A DNA stretch of 64,000 nt from Eledone cirrhosa (taxonomy: Eukaryota). The position numbers were made by a program, and so were the translations under genes. The stretch lies in contig OZ024740.1 in the NCBI GenBank assembly GCA_964016885.1, positions 318,060,001-318,124,000 of the forward strand. The letters are read 5' to 3'. The notes beneath the pieces are model-generated. The model had not been told where the DNA came from. It saw nothing but the letters and a program-made list of their open reading frames with translations, and searched no databases. Below, in pieces: positions 41,501-57,700 of the stretch. Position 1 is the first letter of the stretch. Each line of letters opens with the position of its first letter.

Positions 41501-43447
41501 AATAATCCAGCACTGTTTCGTCTATTTCCACAACTCACATTCTATCTGACATTCTAACGACTCTACCAATTCGAAGTCTTTCTACTACAATACTCACAAC
41601 AAATAATCCAGGAATATCTCGTCTATTTCCACAACTTACATTCTATCTGACATTGAAACGACTCTATCAATTCGAAGTCTTTCTACTACAATACTAACTT
41701 CAAATAATCCAGGATTGTCTCGTCTATTTCCACAACTTACATCCTATCTGACATTCTAACGACTCTATCAATTCGAAGTCTTTCTACTACAATACTAATA
41801 AAAATAATCTAGGATTGTCTCGTCTATTTCCACAACTTACATTCTATCTGACATTGAAACGACTCTATCAATTCGAAGTCTTTCTACTACAATACTAACT
41901 TCAAATAATCCAGGATTGTCTCGTCTATTTCCACAACTTACATTCTATCTGACATTCTAACGACTCTACCAATTCGAAGTCTTTCTACTACAATACTAAT
42001 AAAAATAATCTAGGATTGTCTCGTCTATTTCCACAACTTACATTCTATCAGACATTCTAACGACTCTACCAATTCGCTGTCTTTCTACTACAATACTCAC
42101 AACAAATAATCCAGGATTGTCTCGTCTATTTCCAAAACGTACATTCTATCTGACATTCTAACGACTCTACCAATTCGAAATTTTTCTACTACAATACTAA
42201 CAACAAATAATCCAGGATTGTCTCGTCTATTTCCACAACTTACATTCTATCTGACATTCTAACGACTCTACCAATTCGCTGTATTTCTACTACAATACTC
42301 ACAACAAATAATCCAGGATTGTCTCGTCTATTTCCACAACATACATTCTATCTGACATTCTAACGACTCTACCAATTCGCTGTCTTTCTACTACAATACT
42401 CAACAAATAATCCAGGACTGTCTCGTCTATTTCCACAACTTACGTTCTATCTGACATTCTAAAGACTCTAACAATTCGAAGTCTTTCTACTACAATACTC
42501 AGAACAAATAATCCAGGTTTGCCTCGTCTATTTCCACAACTTACATTCTATCTAACATTCTAACGACTCTACCAATTCGAAGCCTTTTTACTACATTACT
42601 CACAACAAATAATTCAGGATTGTCTCGTCTATTTCCACAACTTACATTCTATCTAACATTCTAAGGACTCTACCAATTCGAAGCCTTTTTACTACATTAC
42701 TCACAACAAATAATTCAGGATTGCCCCGTCTATTTCCACAACTTACATTCTACCTGACATTCTAACGACTCTACCAATTCGCTGTCTTTCTACTACAATA
42801 CTCACAACAAATAATCCAGGATTGTCTCGTCTATTTCCACAACTTACATTCTATCAAACATTCTAACAACTCCACAAATTCGAAATCTTTCTACTACAAT
42901 ACTCACAACAAATCATCCAGGATTGTCTCGTCTATTTCCACAACTTACATTCTATCTGATATTCTAACGACTCTACCAATTCGAAGTCTTTCTACTACAA
43001 TACTAACAACAAATAATCCAGGATTGTCTCTTCTATTTCCACAACTTACATTCTATCTAACATTCTAACAACTCCACCAATTCGAAATCTTTCTACTACA
43101 ATACTCACAACAAATCATCCAGGATTGTCTCGTCTATTTCCACAACATACATTCTATCTGATATTCTAACGACTCTACCAATTCGAAGTTTTTCTACTAC
43201 AATACTAACAACAAATAATCCAGGATTGTCTCTTCTATTTCCACATCTTGCATTCTATCTGACATTCTAATGACTCTACCAATTCGAAGTCTTTCTACTA
43301 CAATACTCACAACAAATAATCCAGGATTGTCTCGTCTATTTCCACAACTTGCATTCTATCTGACATTCTAACGACTCTACCAATTCGAAGTCTTTCTACT
43401 ACAATACTCACAACAAATAATCCAGGATTGTCTCGTCTATTTCCACA
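38530..43447. repeat. Duplication of about 21 monomers at a 28-monomer offset (2822 bp)
   Basis: AATACAGG 38581/41403, ATTCGAAATT 39351/42173, ATCAAAC 40031/42853. Offset 2822 = 28x101-6. Confidence 0.83.
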
Positions 43448-44509
43448 AATTACATTCTATCTGACATTCTAACGACTCTACCAATTCGCTGTCTTTCTAC
43501 TACAATACTCAACAAATAATCCAGGACTGTCTCGTCTATTTCCACAACTTACGTTCTATCTGACATTCTAAAGACTCTAACAATTCGAAGACTTTCTACT
43601 ACAATACTAACAACAAATAATCCAGGATTGTCTCGTCTATTTCCACAACTTACGTTCTATCTGACATTCTAACAACTCTACCAATTCGAAGTCTTTCTAC
43701 TACAATACTCACAACAAATAATACAGGATTGGCTCGTCTATTTCCACAACTTACATTCTATCTGACATTCTAACGACTCTACCAATTCGCTGTATTTCTA
43801 CTACAATACTCACAACAAATAATCCAGCACTGTTTCGTCTATTTCCACAACTCACATTCTATCTGACATTCTAACGACTCTACCAATTCGAAGTCTTTCT
43901 ACTACAATACTCACAACAAATAATCCAGGAATATCTCGTCTATTTCCACAACTTACATTCTATCTGACATTGAAACGACTCTATCAATTCGAAGTCTTTC
44001 TACTACAATACTAACTTCAAATAATCCAGGATTGTCTCGTCTATTTCCACAACTTACATTCCATCTGACATTCTAACGACTCTATCAATTCGAAGTCTTT
44101 CTACTACAATACTAATAAAAATAATCTAGGATTGTCTCGTCTATTTCCACAACTTACATTCTATCTGACATTGAAACGACTCTATCAATTCGAAGTCTTT
44201 CTACTACAATACTCACAACAAATAATCCAGGATTGTCTCTTCTATTTCCACAACTTACATTCTATCTGATATTCTAACGACTCTACCAATTCGAAGTCTT
44301 TCTACTACAATACTCACAACAAATAATCCAGGATCGTCTCGTCTATTTCCACAACTTACATTCTATCTGATATTCTAACGACTCTACCAAATCGAAGTCT
44401 TTCTACTACAATACTAACAACAAATAATCCAGGATTGTCTCTTCTATTTCCACAACTTACATTCTATCTGACATTCTAACAACTCTACCAATTCGAAATC
44501 TTTCTACTA

Positions 44510-47500
44510 CAATACTCACAACAAATAATCCAGGATTGTCTCGTCTATTTCCACAACTTACATTCTATCTGATATTCTAACGACTCTACCAATTCGAAGT
44601 CTTTCTACTGCAATACTAACAACAAATAATCCAGGATTGTCTTTTCTATTTCCACAACTTACATTCTATCTGACATTCTAACAACTCTACCAATTCGAAA
44701 TCTTTCTACTACAATACTCACAACAAATAATCCAGGATTGTCTCGTCTATTTCCACAACTTACATTCTATCTGATATTCTAACGACTCTACCAATTCGAA
44801 GTCTTTCTACTACAATACTAACAACAAATAATCCAGGATTGTCTCGTCTATTTCCACAACTTACGTTCTATCTGACATTCTAACAACTCTACCAATTCGA
44901 AGTCTTTCTACTACAATACTCACAACAAATAATACAGGATTGGCTCGTCTATTTCCACAACTTACGTTCTATCTGACATTCTAACAACTCTACCAATTCG
45001 AAGTCTTTCTACTACAATACTCACAACAAATAATCCAGGAATATCTCGTCTATTTCCACAACTTACATTCTATCTGACATTCTAACGACTCTATCAATTC
45101 GAAGTCTTTCTACTACAATACTAACTTCAAATAATCCAGGATTGTCTCGTCTATTTCCACAACTTACATTCTATCTGACATTCTAACGACTCTACCAATT
45201 CGAAGTCTTTCTACTACTATACTAATAAAAATAATCTAGGATTGTCTCGTCTATTTCCACAACTTACATTCTATCTGCCATTCTAACGACTCTACCAATT
45301 CGCTGTCTTTCTACTACAATACTCAACAAATAATCCAGGACTGTCTCGTCTATTTCCACAACTTACGTTCTATCTGACATTCTAAAGACTCTAACAATTC
45401 GAAGTCTTTCTACTACAATACTCACAACAAATAATCCAGGATTGTCTCGTCTATTTCCACAACTTACATTCTATCTTACATTCTAACGACTCTATCAATT
45501 CGAAGTCTTTCTACTACAATACTAATAAAAATAATCTAGGATTGTCTCGTCTATTTCCACAACTTACATTCTATCTGACATTGAAACGACTCTATCAATT
45601 CGCAGTCTTTCTACTACAATACTAACTTCAAATAATCCAGGATTGTCTCGTCTATTTCCACAACTTACATTCTATCTGACATTCTAACGACTCTACCAAT
45701 TCGAAGTCTTTCTACTACAATACTAATAAAAATAATCTAGGATTGTCTCGTCTATTTCCACAACTTACATTCTATCAGACATTCTAACGACTCTACCAAT
45801 TCGCTGTCTTTCTACTACAATACTCACAACAAATAATCCAGGATTGTCTCGTCTATTTCCAAAACGTACATTCTATCTGACATTCTAACGTCTCTACCAA
45901 TTCGAAGTTTTTCTACTACAATACTAACAACAAATAATCCAGGATTGTCTCGTCTATTTCCACAACTTACATTCTATCTGACATTCTAACGACTCTACCA
46001 ATTCGCTGTATTTCTACTACAATACTCAAAACAAATAATCCAGGATTGTCTCGTCTATTTCCACAACATACATTCTATCTGACATTCTAACGACTCTACC
46101 AATTCGCTGTCTTTCTACTACAATACTCAACAAATAATCCAGGACTGTCTCGTCTATTTCCACAACTTACGTTCTATCTGACATTCTAAAGACTCTAACA
46201 ATTCGAAGTCTTTCTACTACAATACTCAGAACAAATAATCCAGGTTTGCCTCGTCTATTTCCACAACTTACATTCTATCTAACATTCTAACGACTCTACC
46301 AATTCGAAGCCTTTTTACTACATTACTCACAACAAATAATTCAGGATTGTCTCGTCTATTTCCACAACTTACATTCTATCTAACATTCTAAGGACTCTAC
46401 CAATTCGAAGTCTTTCTACTACAATACTCACAACAAATAATCCAGGATTGTCTCGTCTATTTCCACAACTTACATTCTATCTGATATTCTAACGACTCTA
46501 CCAATTCGAAGTCTTTCTACTGCAATACTAACAACAAATAATCCAGGATTGTCTTTTCTATTTCCACAACTTACATTCTATCTGACATTCTAACAACTCT
46601 ACCAATTCGAAATCTTTCTACTACAATACTCACAACAAATAATCCAGGATTGTCTCGTCTATTTCCACAACTTACATTCTATCTGATATTCTAACGACTC
46701 TACCAATTCGAAGTCTTTCTACTACAATACTAACAACAAATAATCCAGGATTGTCTCGTCTATTTCCACAACTTACGTTCTATCTGACATTCTAACAACT
46801 CTACCAATTCGAAGTCTTTCTACTACAATACTCACAACAAATAATACAGGATTGGCTCGTCTATTTCCACAACTTACGTTCTATCTGACATTCTAACAAC
46901 TCTACCAATTCGAAGTCTTTCTACTACAATACTCACAACAAATAATCCAGGAATATCTCGTCTATTTCCACAACTTACATTCTATCTGACATTCTAACGA
47001 CTCTATCAATTCGAAGTCTTTCTACTACAATACTAACTTCAAATAATCCAGGATTGTCTCGTCTATTTCCACAACTTACATTCTATCTGACATTCTAACG
47101 ACTCTACCAATTCGAAGTCTTTCTACTACTATACTAATAAAAATAATCTAGGATTGTCTCGTCTATTTCCACAACTTACATTCTATCTGCCATTCTAACG
47201 ACTCTACCAATTCGCTGTCTTTCTACTACAATACTCAACAAATAATCCAGGACTGTCTCGTCTATTTCCACAACTTACGTTCTATCTGACATTCTAAAGA
47301 CTCTAACAATTCGAAGTCTTTCTACTACAATACTCACAACAAATAATCCAGGATTGTCTCGTCTATTTCCACAACTTACATTCTATCTTACATTCTAACG
47401 ACTCTATCAATTCGAAGTCTTTCTACTACAATACTAATAAAAATAATCTAGGATTGTCTCGTCTATTTCCACAACTTACATTCTATCTGACATTGAAACG

Positions 47501-48320
47501 ACTCTATCAATTCGCAGTCTTTCTACTACAATACTAACTTCAAATAATCCAGGATTGTCTCGTCTATTTCCACAACTTACATTCTATCTGACATTCTAAC
47601 GACTCTACCAATTCGAAGTCTTTCTACTACAATACTAATAAAAATAATCTAGGATTGTCTCGTCTATTTCCACAACTTACATTCTATCAGACATTCTAAC
47701 GACTCTACCAATTCGCTGTCTTTCTACTACAATACTCACAACAAATAATCCAGGATTGTCTCGTCTATTTCCAAAACGTACATTCTATCTGACATTCTAA
47801 CGTCTCTACCAATTCGAAGTTTTTCTACTACAATACTAACAACAAATAATCCAGGATTGTCTCGTCTATTTCCACAACTTACATTCTATCTGACATTCTA
47901 ACGACTCTACCAATTCGCTGTATTTCTACTACAATACTCAAAACAAATAATCCAGGATTGTCTCGTCTATTTCCACAACATACATTCTATCTGACATTCT
48001 AACGACTCTACCAATTCGCTGTCTCTCTACTACAATACTCAACAAATAATCCAGGACTGTCTCGTCTATTTCCACAACTTACGTTCTATCTGACATTCTA
48101 AAGACTCTAACAATTCGAAGTCTTTCTACTACAATACTCAGAACAAATAATCCAGGTTTGCCTCGTCTATTTCCACAACTTACATTCTATCTAACATTCT
48201 AACGACTCTACCAATTCGAAGCCTTTTTACTACATTACTCACAACAAATAATTCAGGATTGTCTCGTCTATTTCCACAACTTACATTCTATCTAACATTC
48301 TAAGGACTCTACCAATTCGA
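44510..48320. repeat. Tandem duplication of a 19-monomer block (1912 bp)
   Basis: The G of CTACTGC at 44610/46522 and CTACTACTAT at 45211/47123, plus shared TCTGCCA, TCTTACA and CGCAGT variants. Offset 1912 = 19x101-7. Confidence 0.88.
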
Positions 48321-51300
48321 AGCCTTTTTACTACATTACTCACAACAAATAATTCAGGATTGCCCCGTCTATTTCCACAACTTACATTCTACCTGACATT
48401 CTAACGACTCTACCAATTCGCTGTCTTTCTACTACAATACTCACAACAAATAATCCAGGATTGTCTAGTCTATTTCCACAACTTACATTCTATCTAACAT
48501 TCTAACAACTCCACCAATTCGAAATCTTTCTACTACAATACTCACAACAAATCATCCAGGATTGTCTCGTCTATTTCCACAACTTACATTCTATCTGATA
48601 TTCTAACGACTCTACCAATTCGAAGTCTTTCTACTACAATACTAACAACAAATAATCCAGGATTGTCTCTTCTATTTCCACAACTTACATTCTATCTACC
48701 ATTCTAACAACTCCACCAATTCGAAATCTTTCTACTACAATACTCACAACAAATCATCCAGGATTGTCTCGTCTATTTCCACAACATACATTCTATCTGA
48801 TATTCTAACGACTCTACCAATTCGAAGTTTTTCTACTACAATACTAACAACAAATAATCCAGGATTGTCTCTTCTATTTCCACAACTTGCATTCTATCTG
48901 ACATTCTAATGACTCTACCAATTCGAAGTCTTTCTACTACAATACTCACAACAAATAATCCAGGATTGTCTCGTCTATTTCCACAAATTACATTCTATCT
49001 GACATTCTAACGACTCTACAAATTCGCTGTCTTTCTACTACAATACTCACAACAAATAATCCAGGATTGTCTCGTCTATTTCCACAACATACATTCTATC
49101 TGACATTCTAACGACTCTACCAATTCGCTGTCTTTCTACTACAATACTCAACAAATAATCCAGGACTGTCTCGTCTATTTCCACAACTTACGTTCTATCT
49201 GACATTCTAAAGACTCTAACAATTCGAAGTCTTTCTACTACAATACTCAGAACAAATAATCCAGGTTTGTCTCGTCTATTTCCACAACTTACATTCTATC
49301 TAACATTCTAACGACTCTACCAATTCGAAGCCTTTTTACTACATTACTCACAACAAATAATTCAGGATTGTCTCGTCTATTTCCACAAATTACGTTCTAT
49401 CTGACATTCTAACGACTCTACCAATTCGCTGTCTTTCTACTACAATACTCACAACAAATAATCCAGGATTGTCTCGTCTATTTCCACAACTTACATTCTA
49501 TCTGATATTCTAACGACTCTACCAATTCGAAGTCTTTCTACTACAATACTCACAACAAATAATCCAGGATTGTCTCGTCTATTTCCACAACTTACATTCT
49601 ATCTGATATTCTAACGACTCTACCAATTCGAAGTCTTTCTACTACAATACTCACAACAAATAATCCAGGATTGTCTCGTCTATTTCCACAACTTACATTC
49701 TATCTGATATTCTAACGACTCTACCAATTCGAAGTCTTTCTACTACAATACTAACAACAAATAATCCAGGATTGTCTCTTCTATTTCCACAACTTACATT
49801 CTATCTAACATTCTAAGGACTCTACCAATTCGAAGCCTTTTTACTACATTACTCACAACAAATAATTCAGGATTGCCCCGTCTATTTCCACAACTTACAT
49901 TCTACCTGACATTCTAACGACTCTACCAATTCGCTGTCTTTCTACTACAATACTCACAACAAATAATCCAGGATTGTCTCGTCTATTTCCACAACTTACA
50001 TTCTATCTAACATTCTAACAACTCCAACAATTCGAAATCTTTCTACTACAATACTCACAACAAATCATCCAGGATTGTCTCGTCTATTTCCACAACTTAC
50101 ATTCTATCTGATATTCTAACGACTCTACCAATTCGAAGTCTTTCTACTACAATACTAACAACAAATAATCCAGGATTGTCTCTTCTATTTCCACAACTTA
50201 CATTCTATCTACCATTCTAACAACTCCACCAATTCGAAATCTTTCTACTACAATACTCACAACAAATCATCCAGGATTGTCTCGTCTATTTCCACAACAT
50301 ACATTCTATCTGATATTCTAACGACTCTACCAATTCGAAGTTTTTCTACTACAATACTAACAACAAATAATCCAGGATTGTCTCTTCTATTTCCACAACT
50401 TGCATTCTATCTGACATTCTAATGACTCTACCAATTCGAAGTCTTTCTACTACAATACTCACAACAAATAATCCAGGATTGTCTCGTCTATTTCCACAAC
50501 TTGCATTCTATCTGACATTCTAACGACTCTACCAATTCGAAGTCTTTCTACTACAATACTCACAACAAATAATCCAGGATTGTCTCGTCTATTTCCACAA
50601 ATTACATTCTATCTGACATTCTAACGACTCTACAAATTCGCTGTCTTTCTACTACAATACTCACAACAAATAATCCAGGATTGTCTCGTCTATTTCCACA
50701 ACATACATTCTATCTGACATTCTAACGACTCTACCAATTCGCTGTCTTTCTACTACAATACTCAACAAATAATCCAGGACTGTCTCGTCTATTTCCACAA
50801 CTTACGTTCTATCTGACATTCTAAAGACTCTAACAATTCGAAGTCTTTCTAATACAATACTCAGAACAAATAATCCAGGTTTGTCTCGTCTATTTCCACA
50901 ACTTACATTCTATCTAACATTCTAACGACTCTACCAATTCGAAGCCTTTTTACTACATTACTCACAACAAATAATTCAGGATTGTCTCGTCTATTTCCAC
51001 AAATTACGTTCTATCTGACATTCTAACGACTCTACCAATTCGCTGTCTTTCTACTACAATACTCACAACAAATAATCCAGGATTGTCTCGTCTATTTCCA
51101 CAACTTACATTCTATCTGATATTCTAACGACTCTACCAATTCGAAGTCTTTCTACTACAATACTCACAACAAATAATCCAGGATTGTCTCGTCTATTTCC
51201 ACAACTTACATTCTATCTGATATTCTAACGACTCTACCAATTCGAAGTCTTTCTACTACAATACTCACAACAAATAATCCAGGATTGTCTCGTCTATTTC

Positions 51301-54300
51301 CACAACTTACATTCTATCTGATATTCTAACGACTCTACCAATTCGAAGTCTTTCTACTACAATACTAACAACAAATAATCCAGGATTGTCTCTTCTATTT
51401 CCACAACTTACATTCTATCTGACATTCTAACAACTCTACCAATTCGAAATCTTTCTACTACAATACTCACAACAAATAATCCAGGATTGTCTCGTCTATT
51501 TCCACAACTTACATTCTATCTGATATTCTAACGACTCTACCAATTCGAAGTCTTTCTACTACAATACTCACAACAAATAATCCAGGATTGTCTCGTCTAT
51601 TTCCACAAATTACATTCTATCTGACATTCTAACGACTCTACAAATTCGCTGTCTTTCTACTACAATACTCACAACAAATAATCCAGGATTGTCTCGTCTA
51701 TTTCCACAACATACATTCTATCTGACATTCTAACGACTCTACCAATTCGCTGTCTTTCTACTACAATACTCAACAAATAATCCAGGACTGTCTCGTCTAT
51801 TTCCACAACTTACGTTCTATCTGACATTCTAAAGACTCTAACAATTCGAAGTCTTTCTACTACAATACTCAGAACAAATAATCCAGGTTTGCCTCGTCTA
51901 TTTCCACAACTTACATTCTATCTAACATTCTAACGACTCTACCAATTCGAAGCCTTTTTACTACATTACTCACAACAAATAATTCAGGATTGTCTCGTCT
52001 ATTTCCACAACTTACATTCTATCTAACATTCTAAGGACTCTACCAATTCGAAGCCTTTTTACTACATTACTCACAACAAATAATTCAGGATTGCCCCGTC
52101 TATTTCCACAACTTACATTCTACCTGACATTCTAACGACTCTACCAATTCGCTGTCTTTCTACTACAATACTCACCACAAATAATCCAGGATTGTCTAGT
52201 CTATTTCCACAACTTACATTCTATCTAACATTCTAACAACTCCACCAATTCGAAATCTTTCTACTACAATACTCACAACAAATCATCCAGGATTGTCTCG
52301 TCTATTTCCACAACTTACATTCTATCTGATATTCTAACGACTCTACCAATTCGAAGTCTTTCTACTACAATACTAACAACAAATAATCCAGGATTGTCTC
52401 TTCTATTTCCACAACTTACATTCTATCTACCATTCTAACAACTCCACCAATTCGAAATCTTTCTACTACAATACTCACAACAAATCATCCAGGATTGTCT
52501 CGTCTATTTCCACAACATACATTCTATCTGATATTCTAACGACTCTACCAATTCGAAGTTTTTCTACTACAATACTAACAACAAATAATCCAGGATTGTC
52601 TCTTCTATTTCCACAACTTGCATTCTATCTGACATTCTAATGACTCTACCAATTCGAAGTCTTTCTACTACAATACTCACAACAAATAATCCAGGATTGT
52701 CTCGTCTATTTCTACAACTTGCATTCTATCTGACATTCTAACGACTCTACCAATTCGAAGTCTTTCTACTACAATACTCACAACAAATAATCCAGGATTG
52801 TCTCGTCTATTTCCACAAATTACATTCTATCTGACATTCTAACGACTCTACCAATTCGCTGTCTTTCTACTACAATACTCAACAAATAATCCAGGACTGT
52901 CTCGTCTATTTCCACAACTTACGTTCTATCTGACATTCTAAAGACTCTAACAATTCGAAGTCTTTCTACTACAATACTCAGAACAAATAATCCAGGTTTG
53001 TCTCGTCTATTTCCACAACTTACATTCTATCTAACATTCTAACGACTCTACCAATTCGAAGCCTTTTTACTACATTACTCACAACAAATAATTCAGGATT
53101 GTCTCGTCTATTTCCACAAATTACGTTCTATCTGACATTCTAACGACTCTACCAATTCGCTGTCTTTCTACTACAATACTCACAACAAATAATCCAGGAT
53201 TGTCTCGTCTATTTCCACAACTTACATTCTATCTGATATTCTAACGACTCTACCAATTCGAAGTCTTTCTACTACAATACTCACAACAAATAATCCAGGA
53301 TTGTCTCGTCTATTTCCACAACTTACATTCTATCTGATATTCTAACGACTCTACCAATTCGAAGTCTTTCTACTACAATACTCACAACAAATAATCCAGG
53401 ATTGTCTCGTCTATTTCCACAACTTACATTCTATCTGATATTCTAACGACTCTACCAATTCGAAGTCTTTCTACTACAATACTAACAACAAATAATCCAG
53501 GATTGTCTCTTCTATTTCCACAACTTACATTCTATCTAACATTCTAAGGACTCTACCAATTCGAAGCCTTTTTACTACATTACTCACAACAAATAATTCA
53601 GGATTGCCCCGTCTATTTCCACAACTTACATTCTACCTGACATTCTAACGACTCTACCAATTCGCTGTCTTTCTACTACAATACTCACAACAAATAATCC
53701 AGGATTGTCTCGTCTATTTCCACAACTTACATTCTATCTACCATTCTAACAACTCCACCAATTCGAAATCTTTCTACTACAATACTCACAACAAATCATC
53801 CAGGATTGTCTCGTCTATTTCCACAACATACATTCTATCTGATATTCTAACGACTCTACCAATTCGAAGTTTTTCTACTACAATACTAACAACAAATAAT
53901 CCAGGATTGTCTCTTCTATTTCCACAACTTGCATTCTATCTGACATTCTAATGACTCTACCAATTCGAAGTCTTTCTACTACAATACTCACAACAAATAA
54001 TCCAGGATTGTCTCGTCTATTTCCACAACTTGCATTCTATCTGACATTCTAACGACTCTACCAATTCGAAGTCTTTCTACTACAATACTCACAACAAATA
54101 ATCCAGGATTGTCTCGTCTATTTCCACAAATTACATTCTATCTGACATTCTAACGACTCTACAAATTCGCTGTCTTTCTACTACAATACTCACAACAAAT
54201 AATCCAGGATTGTCTCGTCTATTTCCACAACATACATTCTATCTGACATTCTAACGACTCTACCAATTCGCTGTCTTTCTACTACAATACTCAACAAATA

Positions 54301-57300
54301 ATCCAGGACTGTCTCGTCTATTTCCACAACTTACGTTCTATCTGACATTCTAAAGACTCTAACAATTCGAAGTCTTTCTAATACAATACTCAGAACAAAT
54401 AATCCAGGTTTGTCTCGTCTATTTCCACAACTTACATTCTATCTAACATTCTAACGACTCTACCAATTCGAAGCCTTTTTACTACATTACTCACAACAAA
54501 TAATTCAGGATTGTCTCGTCTATTTCCACAAATTACGTTCTATCTGACATTCTAACGACTCTACCAATTCGCTGTCTTTCTACTACAATACTCACAACAA
54601 ATAATCCAGGATTGTCTCGTCTATTTCCACAACTTACATTCTATCTGATATTCTAACGACTCTACCAATTCGAAGTCTTTCTACTACAATACTCACAACA
54701 AATAATCCAGGATTGTCTCGTCTATTTCCACAACTTACATTCTATCTGATATTCTAACGACTCTACCAATTCGAAGTCTTTCTACTACAATACTCACAAC
54801 AAATAATCCAGGATTGTCTCGTCTATTTCCACAACTTACATTCTATCTGATATTCTAACGACTCTACCAATTCGAAGTCTTTCTACTACAATACTAACAA
54901 CAAATAATCCAGGATTGTCTCTTCTATTTCCACAACTTACATTCTATCTGACATTCTAACAACTCTACCAATTCGAAATCTTTCTACTACAATACTCACA
55001 ACAAATAATCCAGGATTGTCTCGTCTATTTCCACAACTTACATTCTATCTGATATTCTAACGACTCTACCAATTCGAAGTCTTTCTACTACAATACTCAC
55101 AACAAATAATCCAGGATTGTCTCGTCTATTTCCACAAATTACATTCTATCTGACATTCTAACGACTCTACAAATTCGCTGTCTTTCTACTACAATACTCA
55201 CAACAAATAATCCAGGATTGTCTCGTCTATTTCCACAACATACATTCTATCTGACATTCTAACGACTCTACCAATTCGCTGTCTTTCTACTACAATACTC
55301 AACAAATAATCCAGGACTGTCTCGTCTATTTCCACAACTTACGTTCTATCTGACATTCTAAAGACTCTAACAATTCGAAGTCTTTCTACTACAATACTCA
55401 GAACAAATAATCCAGGTTTGTCTCGTCTATTTCCACAACTTACATTCTATCTAACATTCTAACGACTCTACCAATTCGAAGCCTTTTTACTACATTACTC
55501 ACAACAAATAATTCAGGATTGTCTCGTCTATTTCCACAAATTACGTTCTATCTGACATTCTAACGACTCTACCAATTCGCTGTCTTTCTACTACAATACT
55601 CACAACAAATAATCCAGGATTGTCTCGTCTATTTCCACAACTTACATTCTATCTGATATTCTAACGACTCTACCAATTCGAAGTCTTTCTACTACAATAC
55701 TCACAACAAATAATCCAGGATTGTCTCGTCTATTTCCACAACTTACATTCTATCTGATATTCTAACGACTCTACCAATTCGAAGTCTTTCTACTACAATA
55801 CTCACAACAAATAATCCAGGATTGTCTCGTCTATTTCCACAACTTACATTCTATCTGATATTCTAACGACTCTACCAATTCGAAGTCTTTCTACTACAAT
55901 ACTAACAACAAATAATCCAGGATTGTCTCTTCTATTTCCACAACTTACATTCTATCTAACATTCTAAGGACTCTACCAATTCGAAGCCTTTTTACTACAT
56001 TACTCACAACAAATAATTCAGGATTGCCCCGTCTATTTCCACAACTTACATTCTACCTGACATTCTAACGACTCTACCAATTCGCTGTCTTTCTACTACA
56101 ATACTCACAACAAATAATCCAGGATTGTCTCGTCTATTTCCACAACTTACATTCTATCTAACATTCTAACAACTCCACCAATTCGAAATCTTTCTACTAC
56201 AATACTCACAACAAATCATCCAGGATTGTCTCGTCTATTTCCACAACTTACATTCTATCTGATATTCTAACGACTCTACCAATTCGAAGTCTTTCTACTA
56301 CAATACTAACAACAAATAATCCAGGATTGTCTCTTCTATTTCCACAACTTACATTCTATCTACCATTCTAACAACTCCACCAATTCGAAATCTTTCTACT
56401 ACAATACTCACAACAAATCATCCAGGATTGTCTCGTCTATTTCCACAACATACATTCTATCTGATATTCTAACGACTCTACCAATTCGAAGTTTTTCTAC
56501 TACAATACTAACAACAAATAATCCAGGATTGTCTCTTCTATTTCCACAACTTGCATTCTATCTGACATTCTAATGACTCTACCAATTCGAAGTCTTTCTA
56601 CTACAATACTCACAACAAATAATCCAGGATTGTCTCGTCTATTTCCACAACTTGCATTCTATCTGACATTCTAACGACTCTACCAATTCGAAGTCTTTCT
56701 ACTACAATACTCACAACAAATAATCCAGGATTGTCTCGTCTATTTCCACAAATTACATTCTATCTGACATTCTAACGACTCTACAAATTCGCTGTCTTTC
56801 TACTACAATACTCACAACAAATAATCCAGGATTGTCTCGTCTATTTCCACAACATACATTCTATCTGACATTCTAACGACTCTACCAATTCGCTGTCTTT
56901 CTACTACAATACTCAACAAATAATCCAGGACTGTCTCGTCTATTTCCACAACTTACGTTCTATCTGACATTCTAAAGACTCTAACAATTCGAAGTCTTTC
57001 TAATACAATACTCAGAACAAATAATCCAGGTTTGTCTCGTCTATTTCCACAACTTACATTCTATCTAACATTCTAACGACTCTACCAATTCGAAGCCTTT
57101 TTACTACATTACTCACAACAAATAATTCAGGATTGTCTCGTCTATTTCCACAAATTACGTTCTATCTGACATTCTAACGACTCTACCAATTCGCTGTCTT
57201 TCTACTACAATACTCACAACAAATAATCCAGGATTGTCTCGTCTATTTCCACAACTTACATTCTATCTGATATTCTAACGACTCTACCAATTCGAAGTCT

Positions 57301-57700
57301 TTCTACTACAATACTCACAACAAATAATCCAGGATTGTCTCGTCTATTTCCACAACTTACATTCTATCTGATATTCTAACGACTCTACCAATTCGAAGTC
57401 TTTCTACTACAATACTCACAACAAATAATCCAGGATTGTCTCGTCTATTTCCACAACTTACATTCTATCTGATATTCTAACGACTCTACCAATTCGAAGT
57501 CTTTCTACTACAATACTAACAACAAATAATCCAGGATTGTCTCTTCTATTTCCACAACTTACATTCTATCTGACATTCTAACAACTCTACCAATTCGAAA
57601 TCTTTCTACTACAATACTCACAACAAATAATCCAGGATTGTCTCGTCTATTTCCACAACTTACATTCTATCTGATATTCTAACGACTCTACCAATTCGAA
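48300..57700. repeat. Subdomain of irregularly reiterated 11-15 monomer cassettes
   Basis: TTGCCCC at 48360, 49873, 52091, 53604 and 56024 (spacings 15, 22, 15, 24 monomers). TCTAATAC variant at about 50851, 54380 and 57002. Local markers TCTACCATT and CTCTACAAATT. No 100-bp AATAAAAAT monomers seen. Confidence 0.75.
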